NCBI GenBank assembly: GCA_039588295.1
Contig: JBDHAB010000041.1
Coordinates: 1-25,726 of the forward strand
From: Gemmatimonadota bacterium
GTDB lineage: Bacteria; Gemmatimonadota; Gemmatimonadetes; Gemmatimonadales; GWC2-71-9
DNA length: 25,726 nt
Direction of reading: 5' to 3'
Shown here in pieces: positions 7,594-14,128 of the stretch. Within the stretch, counting starts at the first letter, position 1. Each line of letters starts with the position of its first letter. The translations under genes were made by a program, and so were the position numbers. A model generated the notes under the pieces. It ran no database searches. It saw nothing but the letters and a program-made list of their open reading frames with translations, and was not told where the DNA came from.

Positions 7594-8646
7594 ATGGTGA
7601 GGCGCCTGGGGCCATGCTGGCCCATTGCCGGATTGCTCGTGGGTCTGACCGGTGGCGCCGTGGCGAGCGCGGCCGGCCAGGCCCCCGAACGGGCTCTATC
7701 GGACGCCGAGCATGCCCTGTTCCGCGGCTACCGCACGGCACTCGAGGAGCCGAGCGTTCGTGAGACCAGTTACGAAAGTCTGCTGCTGCAGATCAGGCGC
7801 AATCCGCCCGTCGCCTTCGTGAACGGCTTCTGGGTCACACCCGTCGACCTGGCAGCCGTCTTAGGGTTTCCGGCGGTGCACAACGTACTCGAGGCTTCTC
7901 TTCCCGAAGGGCCAGCCGGCGAGGAGGCAGCGACGCTCCTGGCCGATTCGAGACGCCTCAAACAGCTCGCCGCCTTCGCCTTCACCCCGAAGTCGCTGGC
8001 GGCGCCGGCCGGACTTCCATTCGTCGGTGATTTCGCGCAGGTCAGAGCCTCCCACTCGGAGACCACCGACCTCGTCATTGTCCCGGTGAAAGATGTGGAC
8101 TGGGCGATGGTCGAGTATCTGCCACCGGGAATCGCCGATCCCGAGATCGAGCCCGAGTGCTACTTCTACTGCGGCGATCCCGAAGGGTGGGACTTCGACG
8201 GTGACGGTACGCCGGATCGGCGAGACCCGGACGGTGACAACGACGGTGCCCCAAACGAGCGGGACGCCTACCCGTACTGGCCGAATGCGAGCACTTGCGA
8301 CTGTGACGCGGACCCGTTCGTCGTCTTCGTCACGAAGTTCGCTCCCGGGATCACGAGCGCCATACTGGCTGCGCGTGATCTGGCGGAGGGTATCGGTGAG
8401 GCGAATCGCTCAGTCGTGCTCGGCCCGGTACCGGACGGTGAGTACCACGTGCGGTTCGTGTTTCCCACTGACGCCATGCCGCGTGCGGATCCTGCGAGAG
8501 ACTGCCCGCCCCGTGGCGAGGCTGGCGTCCGCTATGTGAACACCGATCCTGCGGTCTGCGCCCGGTTACGGTTCCGATGCCGGGAGGGCGAAGTGGGGTT
8601 CTCCAACGAGTGTGGCTGCGGCTGCCAGCGACGGAGAGACGGATAG
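7594..8646 (+). CDS. Secreted hypothetical protein with thrombospondin type-3-like Ca-binding repeats and a C-terminal 6-Cys module, about 350 aa
   Basis: Start at ATG 7594, 10 nt after the hydrolase stop; signal-peptide-like N-terminus; DFDGDGTPDRRDPDGDNDGAPNERDAYP; C-terminal CPPRG...CARLRFRC...FSNECGCGC. Confidence 0.8.
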   Translation: MVRRLGPCWPIAGLLVGLTGGAVASAAGQAPERALSDAEHALFRGYRTALEEPSVRETSYESLLLQIRRNPPVAFVNGFWVTPVDLAAVLGFPAVHNVLEASLPEGPAGEEAATLLADSRRLKQLAAFAFTPKSLAAPAGLPFVGDFAQVRASHSETTDLVIVPVKDVDWAMVEYLPPGIADPEIEPECYFYCGDPEGWDFDGDGTPDRRDPDGDNDGAPNERDAYPYWPNASTCDCDADPFVVFVTKFAPGITSAILAARDLAEGIGEANRSVVLGPVPDGEYHVRFVFPTDAMPRADPARDCPPRGEAGVRYVNTDPAVCARLRFRCREGEVGFSNECGCGCQRRRDG

Positions 8647-8650
8647 ATCC

Positions 8651-8706
8651 CCCTTATCCCTTCTCCCCCATCCCTTATCTCTTACCCCCTATCCATCATC
8701 CCTTCC
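8651..8706. repeat. Degenerate heptamer tandem repeat (consensus CCCTTAT) x8
   Basis: CCCTTAT CCCTTCT CCCCCAT CCCTTAT CTCTTAC CCCCTAT CCATCAT CCCTTCC fills almost the whole gap between convergent stops at 8646 and 8709. Confidence 0.85.
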
Positions 8707-8708
8707 GT

Positions 8709-9923
8709 CTATCTCCGCCGCGCCCTGCCCCGTCTCGGCCTGACCGAGCGGCCTTGCTTCTCGGGCATCGCATCCTGCGGTTTGGGCTGAATCGGAGCGA
8801 CACTCGGCTCGAATCCCGGGACCACCTCACGCAGGAAGGTGCGCCCCATCAGTTTCTCCACGTCCTGCATCATCAACCACTCGTGTGGAGACAGCAGCGT
8901 CAATGCGACGCCGCGCGCGCCGGCGCGTGCCGTGCGGCCCACACGGTGCACGTAGATCTCGGGATCGGCGGGGACGTCGTAGTTCACCACCATCACGATA
9001 TTGTCGACGTCGATCCCGCGGGCGGCCACGTCCGTCGCGACCAGCACGCGGATCTTGCCGCTCTTGAACCGGTCCAGGGCCTGGTTGCGTGAGGCCTGCG
9101 TCCGGCCACCGTGAATCGCCGCCACGTCATTGCCCGCACGACGCAGCTGGTGGGCGAGCTTGTCGGCGCCGAACTTTGTGCGGGTAAAGACCAGTGTGCG
9201 GCCTTCGGGGATTTCCTGCAGCATTTTCGCGAGCACATTGCGTTTCTCGCTGCGGTCCACCGCCACGAGCACGTGCTCGACTCCATGAGCTGCCTCAGCA
9301 CGCCGGCCGATCTCCACGGCTGCATGCTCCTTCATGGCGCGTCGCGCCAAGCGGTCCACGTCTCCGGAGATGGTCGCCGAGAACAGCATGGTCTGCCGCT
9401 CGGACGGTACGGCCCGCAGGATCTGCTGAACCTCGCGCGCGAATCCCATATCGAGCATCCGGTCCGCCTCGTCGAGCACCAGCACTTCCAGCTTACTGGT
9501 GTCGACGTGCCCACGACCCATGTGGTCGAGCAGGCGTCCCGGCGTGGCGATCACGATATCGACGCCGCGCTTGAGGGCCCGTGTCTGCGGCTCCATGCCC
9601 ACCCCACCATACACGGCGACCGACGTCACGTCGGTGTACCGGCCATAGACCCTCACGTTGTTCAGCACCTGTTCCGCGAGTTCGCGGGTGGGCACCAGCA
9701 CGAGCGCCTTGAGCCTGCCGCGTGGACCGCCGTTGAAGCGCTGCAGGATCGGCAGGAGAAACGCCGCCGTTTTGCCGGTACCGGTTTGTGCCGATCCCAC
9801 CACGTCGCGGCCTGCGAGACCCACGGGGATCGCTTCCTTCTGAATCGGGGTGGGCTCGGTGTAGCCCTCTTCTTCGAGCGCCCGCAGGAGCTCGGGGTGA
9901 AGCCCCAGAGATTTGAATGCCAT
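8709..9923 (-). CDS. DEAD-box ATP-dependent RNA helicase (RhlE-like), about 404 aa
   Basis: Q motif GYTEPTPIQ, AQTGTGKT, PTRELA, TPGRLLDH, DEAD, SAT, TDVAARGID, HRVGRTARAG and a short Arg-rich tail. Start is ATG 9923, or 9935. Confidence 0.97.
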   Translation of the reverse strand: MAFKSLGLHPELLRALEEEGYTEPTPIQKEAIPVGLAGRDVVGSAQTGTGKTAAFLLPILQRFNGGPRGRLKALVLVPTRELAEQVLNNVRVYGRYTDVTSVAVYGGVGMEPQTRALKRGVDIVIATPGRLLDHMGRGHVDTSKLEVLVLDEADRMLDMGFAREVQQILRAVPSERQTMLFSATISGDVDRLARRAMKEHAAVEIGRRAEAAHGVEHVLVAVDRSEKRNVLAKMLQEIPEGRTLVFTRTKFGADKLAHQLRRAGNDVAAIHGGRTQASRNQALDRFKSGKIRVLVATDVAARGIDVDNIVMVVNYDVPADPEIYVHRVGRTARAGARGVALTLLSPHEWLMMQDVEKLMGRTFLREVVPGFEPSVAPIQPKPQDAMPEKQGRSVRPRRGRARRR

Positions 9924-9935
9924 CTGTTGGTACAT

Positions 9936-10021
9936 ACTCCTCATAGGTGTACACGTTGGCGCACCGGGTGACACCCGTGCCACCGGAACGCATTACTGCT
10001 GCTTGTCTGAACCTGAGGAGT
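9936..10021 (-). promoter_or_regulatory. Structured 5' leader of the helicase with an anti-SD sequence
   Basis: In the mRNA, ACUCCUCA (10021-10014) is perfectly complementary to the SD region UGAGGAGU (9943-9936) and encloses an irregular hairpin at 9954-9990. A candidate -10 (TACCTT) lies at 10126-10121. Confidence 0.5.
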
Positions 10022-10303
10022 GAAACGACGGGTCTTTGTGGAACGTCGGCCCCAATCCTGAGCGGGGACCATTCTGCGGAAATGAGAAGATACCAGCTCG
10101 CGGTTCGTACTGCAGGGCGCAAGGTAATGGGGAATGGGGTTTTACGCTACCCCGCGGGTCCATCGAGCATCAGCCTGACCGCGCGCGGCTCGTTCAAAGC
10201 CGGTCGCTCTAATGATCGGAGTCCGCTCAAACGCCGACCCGGGAGGACGGATGTACCCCGGCCAAGGCCGTCTCAGTCCGAACCCGACCTACCGGCGACT
10301 TCC

Positions 10304-10331
10304 TTAGAGCCCCATTAGAGTCCCCTAAGAT
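10304..10331 (+). promoter_or_regulatory. Putative OmpR/PhoB-family response-regulator binding site (three direct repeats, 11-bp period)
   Basis: TTAGAG-cccca-TTAGAG-tcccc-TAAGAT at 10304, 10315 and 10326; a -10-like TAAACT follows at 10358-10363 with no good -35; the OmpR-family gene is in the downstream cluster. Confidence 0.65.
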
Positions 10332-10409
10332 TGGCCTCACCATCCGCCCACGCCTCCTAAACTGGGTCGCCAGAACGCGATTCCACTCACCCAAGCAGGA
10401 GGCACAACG

Positions 10410-11150
10410 ATGTTGAGGAAAAGCTTCACCCTGATCGGTCTCGTCGCCGCCGCGGCATGTGGCGAGACGGACCAGCTCGTGGATCCGGCGCTCAAGCTTG
10501 ACGCCGGCGTGAACAACGCGGCAGATGCAGCGAGTCACGAGTACGAGATCACCATCACCAACCTGACCTCGGGCCAGCCACTCTCTCCGGGGGCAATCGC
10601 CACCCACACGTCCCGCGCATCGTTCTTCTCCGCCGGCGAGGCGGCGTCCGAGGGATTGCGGCTCATCGCCGAGGGTGGAGACCCGAGCACCGCGGCGGCG
10701 GAGTTGACCGCCACCGAGGGCGTCGACGAGGTACTCGCCACGATGGCGCCAGTGCACCGCGTCGGTGGACCCGGGCCCTCGTCACTCACCACGACCATCA
10801 GCGCACGTGCCAATGCGACGCAGCTCTCGCTGGCATTGATGCTGATCTGCACGAACGACGGATTCGTCGGGCTGGACGGCGTGACCCTTCCTCAGGGCAG
10901 CAAGGCACGCACCTACTACGCGGCCGCGTACGACGCGGGCACGGAGGTGAACGACGAGATGTCCGAAACCATCGTCGATGGCTGCTTTGCGATCGGCCCC
11001 ACGTCGGGCGCCGCGGATGGAAACGACCGCACCGCCGAGGGCGGTGTGGTACGCGCGCACCCCGGCATCCAGGGTGGTGGTGCCCTGGATCCGATGCAGC
11101 ACGGCTGGACCGATCCGGTTGCACGCGTCACCGTGCGGCGGATCAAGTAA
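10410..11150 (+). CDS. Spondin_N domain lipoprotein, 246 aa
   Basis: Lipobox-like VAAAAC; YEITITNLT-GQPLSP, GEAASEGLRLIAEGGD, MLICTNDGFVG and AYDAGTEVNDE motifs typical of bacterial spondin-domain proteins; AGGAGG SD. Confidence 0.88.
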   Translation: MLRKSFTLIGLVAAAACGETDQLVDPALKLDAGVNNAADAASHEYEITITNLTSGQPLSPGAIATHTSRASFFSAGEAASEGLRLIAEGGDPSTAAAELTATEGVDEVLATMAPVHRVGGPGPSSLTTTISARANATQLSLALMLICTNDGFVGLDGVTLPQGSKARTYYAAAYDAGTEVNDEMSETIVDGCFAIGPTSGAADGNDRTAEGGVVRAHPGIQGGGALDPMQHGWTDPVARVTVRRIK

Positions 11151-11167
11151 CTTCCTGTTGCGGTCAC

Positions 11168-11194
11168 GGGGAGGCGCCCCCCTGGCGCCTCCCC
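11168..11194 (+). terminator. 11-bp perfect hairpin between the spondin gene and the response regulator (partial terminator or mRNA stabiliser)
   Basis: GGGGAGGCGCC-CCCCT-GGCGCCTCCCC followed by a weak tail, ATTCTCACTT. Confidence 0.6.
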
Positions 11195-11222
11195 ATTCTC
11201 ACTTCAACCAAGCATGCGGCAC

Positions 11223-11897
11223 ATGAGGATTCTGATTGTCGAGGACGATCGAAACCTTCGCACCTTCCTGCGGAAAGCGTTCGGCGAAGAAGGATACGCC
11301 GTGGACGAAGCCGCGGCGGGTGATGAGGGACTCCAGGTCGCCATCGACCGCGACTACGACTGCGTCGTGCTGGATCTCATGCTCCCAGGCCGCGACGGCT
11401 TCGACGTGGTACGCGAGCTGCGCACGCGCGGATTGCACACACCGGTCCTGATCCTCACCGCCCGCGGCGAGCTGACGGCCAAGGTGCGCGGGCTCGAGGG
11501 CGGTGCGGACGATTACCTCACGAAGCCGTTCGACCTCCCCGAACTGCTGGCCCGCGTCCAGGCGCTCGTGCGGCGCTCCCGGTTCCACCGGGAGGACTCG
11601 CTGCTCGAGGTGGGGCAGCTCACGCTCGACCCCATGACAAGGACGGTCACGGTCGGGGACCATGTCGTGGATTTATCCCCGCGGGAGTTCTCGCTCCTGG
11701 AGTTCCTCATGCGGAATGTGGGTCGCACCATGTCGCGCTCGCGGATCGCGGAGGCGGTCTGGAACTACCAGTTTGACCCAACGACGAACGTAGTGGACGT
11801 ATACATCAACTACCTGCGGAAGAAGTTGGGCGAAATGCCCGACGGCAGCGAAATCCGCACGGTGAGAGGTGTCGGCTACCGTTTGGAGGGTCCATGA
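11223..11897 (+). CDS. OmpR-family DNA-binding response regulator (CusR/CzcR-like), about 224 aa
   Basis: MRILIVEDD, LDLMLPGRDG (phospho-Asp), LTAR, GADDYLTKPF; winged helix WNYQFDPTTNVVDVYINYLRKK and TVRGVGY. Confidence 0.96.
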   Translation: MRILIVEDDRNLRTFLRKAFGEEGYAVDEAAAGDEGLQVAIDRDYDCVVLDLMLPGRDGFDVVRELRTRGLHTPVLILTARGELTAKVRGLEGGADDYLTKPFDLPELLARVQALVRRSRFHREDSLLEVGQLTLDPMTRTVTVGDHVVDLSPREFSLLEFLMRNVGRTMSRSRIAEAVWNYQFDPTTNVVDVYINYLRKKLGEMPDGSEIRTVRGVGYRLEGP

Positions 11898-13342
11898 GCG
11901 AGCGCCGACTCGCCACCGATCTGGTCGCGCGCTTCTCGCGGCTCACGTGGGTGACGCTTACCGGTTACGCACTCGTCGTCATCGCCGCGTTCGCAGTACT
12001 CAGTGAGATCTCACTGAACCGATCGCTCCTCCAGAACGCCACGGTCATCGAGTCGTTGCTCGGCCTCTACGCCGACCCCGGCGGCGAGCGCACCACCGTG
12101 GCGCCCGACATGCTGGCGGACCAGCTCGTCGGGATGGGTGCGCGCTTCCTGATTACGCGCACCGCCTCGAGCGCCGAGGGAATGGGCTCGGTGTATTTCC
12201 TGTCGCCGACCATGCCGGCCAAGCGGATCGAGACCCTCGGTCCCGATGCCACTGCCGATGAGGTGCACGACGAGATCGCCCGCGCGGTGGCCGAACGGGG
12301 CCGATGGCGGTACCGCGTGTACCACCGGCGGTCCGGGGAGTTCGACGTCTTCGTCGCGGGCAGCCGACAGCCGAACTTGCTCACACTGGCGGGCCTCGCC
12401 GTGGCTGCGCTCGCACTCGTTCCCCTTGCCGCGCTCTCGGCACGCCGGGCCACACGGGCCACCGTCGAGATGGCGCTGGCCCCGGTGGAGCGCGTTCGGG
12501 CCGAGACGCGGGCCATCGGTCCCGGTGAGCTGAGTCGCAGGGTCGGGGTGCCCACCGGCGTCGCCGAGATCACACAGATCGCCGAAACGATCAACCGCAT
12601 GGTCGCCCGGGTCGAGGAGTCGCACGCGGCGCTCGAGGCGTTCACCGCCGATTCGAGTCACGAGCTGCGTACGCCGCTCACGTACCTCAGAGCCCAAGTG
12701 CAGTGGTCGCTCGACGAGCAGCGCACGCCCGACGAGATGCGCGATGCACTGGCCGCGATCGGCACGGAGGTCGAGCGCACCAGCAAGTTGGTCGAGGATC
12801 TCCTGCTCCTCGCTCGCGGCGACGGTGCGCTCGGCGCCGATCGGGAGCGATTCGACGTCGCACCCATCGCCTGCGAGACAAAGGAAATTGCCGAGGCCAT
12901 GGCCACGGGGCACGACCTCACGATCCGCAACGAGATCACCGAGCCCATCTACGTCTTGGGCGATCCCGATCACACGCGCCGGGTGCTGCTCAACCTGGCG
13001 ACGAACGCGGTTCGATATACGGAGCGCGGGTCGGTCACGATTGGCGTGGTGCCGGAGGGCCACCGAATCGGTATCACGCTCCGCGATACTGGCGACGGCA
13101 TTCCGCCTGAAGACCTGCCGCGCGTCTTCGACCGGTTCTATCGCGTGGAGAAGTCCCGCAGTCGCGCCCACGGCGGTGTGGGGCTCGGACTCGCCATCGC
13201 CCGGATGCTCACCGAATTGCAGGGTGGGACGATCACGGTCGAGAGCGCGCCCGGCGAAGGGAGCACGTTCGTCGTGTGGTTACCGAGCGCGGAGCCCCCA
13301 GAACTGCCGTCGGAGCGGCCCGCAAGCGCATCGACGCAGTGA
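11894..13342 (+). CDS. Sensor histidine kinase (2 TM, HAMP, HisKA, HATPase), 482 aa
   Basis: ATGA overlap with the regulator; two hydrophobic segments; H-box SHELRTPLT, N-box NLATNAVRY, G1 DTGDGI, F-box FDRFYR, G2 GVGLGLAI. Confidence 0.96.
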   Translation: MSERRLATDLVARFSRLTWVTLTGYALVVIAAFAVLSEISLNRSLLQNATVIESLLGLYADPGGERTTVAPDMLADQLVGMGARFLITRTASSAEGMGSVYFLSPTMPAKRIETLGPDATADEVHDEIARAVAERGRWRYRVYHRRSGEFDVFVAGSRQPNLLTLAGLAVAALALVPLAALSARRATRATVEMALAPVERVRAETRAIGPGELSRRVGVPTGVAEITQIAETINRMVARVEESHAALEAFTADSSHELRTPLTYLRAQVQWSLDEQRTPDEMRDALAAIGTEVERTSKLVEDLLLLARGDGALGADRERFDVAPIACETKEIAEAMATGHDLTIRNEITEPIYVLGDPDHTRRVLLNLATNAVRYTERGSVTIGVVPEGHRIGITLRDTGDGIPPEDLPRVFDRFYRVEKSRSRAHGGVGLGLAIARMLTELQGGTITVESAPGEGSTFVVWLPSAEPPELPSERPASASTQ

Positions 13343-13417
13343 CAGGCTGCCGTTCAAGGCAGCATCACCGAAGGCGAGCGGTTTCGAGGCAGCCACCTGA
13401 CCCGCCGGCAGGCCAGC

Positions 13418-13966
13418 CTACCTCGGCTCCTTCATGAGTTCCGGCGGAACCGGATTCATGGGGTCGGGAATATCGTTCGTGACGGCGGCGATCCACCATC
13501 TCCCGTCGCGGCGAACGAGTGAGAAGACATCCACTCCCTGCTGTGGTGGCCGTCCCGAGCCCGGGATGCTGGCCTCGTACAGTACCAGGATCTGCGCCAT
13601 GTCCTTGAACACCCATGGCCTGGTGCGGATGACTTGTTCCTGAAAGCCGGTCTCCTCGACGTTGGCTCGCTCGATGAAGCTCACGAAGTCATCCACGAAC
13701 CCGTCCACCGTGAACACACCCGTCTCAAACCGGCCCGTCCGCAGCACGATGACCGCCTCGTCCAGGAACAGTGATCGCACCGCGTCCCAGTCCGGCGTGG
13801 TGTCCGCCTCGAACGACACCAGCTCGTAGATCTTGTTGACCACCCCCTCGGCCGTGAGCAGTGCCTCATCCTGAGGCTGAGGCTCGACCTGGGCGGTGAG
13901 CTCGAGGTTCACGAAGGCGAGCGAGAAGACCGCGACGGGTGTCAGGTACCAACGGGAGCGCTTCAT
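13418..13966 (-). CDS. Exported hypothetical protein, probable NTF2/SnoaL-like fold, about 182 aa
   Basis: ATG 13966 behind GGAGGA; signal-like N-terminus; PDWDAVRSLF and GVDVFSLVRRDGRWWIAAV pattern typical of NTF2-like proteins. Confidence 0.75.
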   Translation of the reverse strand: MKRSRWYLTPVAVFSLAFVNLELTAQVEPQPQDEALLTAEGVVNKIYELVSFEADTTPDWDAVRSLFLDEAVIVLRTGRFETGVFTVDGFVDDFVSFIERANVEETGFQEQVIRTRPWVFKDMAQILVLYEASIPGSGRPPQQGVDVFSLVRRDGRWWIAAVTNDIPDPMNPVPPELMKEPR

Positions 13967-14049
13967 GAGTTCCTCCGTGGAGCGAAGGCCCTTGGCGGTC
14001 AAAGGTCCAACGGCACCACCTATCTGATACGGTAATCCTCTGAAACATA

Positions 14050-14087
14050 CAAAGAGTCGAGGAGGCTGACCCCCCCTCGGCTCTTTG
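14050..14087 (-). terminator. Probable rho-independent terminator of the large M16 gene
   Basis: Inverted repeat CAAAGAGTCGAGG...CCTCGGCTCTTTG; on the minus strand it ends in CUCUUUGUAUGUUU, about 40 nt after the stop at 14129. Confidence 0.65.
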
Positions 14088-14128
14088 CGGCCTCGTGGGC
14101 CGGCCCGGAGCGGACCGGCCAACTCAGC

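Noticed and set aside
2484..8706. Heptamer arrays as CRISPR or Rhs/VNTR-coding repeats
   Set aside because: Units are 7 nt with no spacers, are intergenic, and no cas genes are present.
9947..10318. 123-aa + strand ORF and the tRNA/ncRNA possibility in the helicase-spondin gap
   Set aside because: No SD or protein-like pattern, it overlaps two promoter regions, and no tRNA cloverleaf or T-loop consensus is visible.
12011..13171. 386-aa - strand ORF, and similar shadows at 3719-4789, 6323-7345, 9111-9971 and 23825-24679
   Set aside because: All overlap well-supported genes and have shadow-frame composition.
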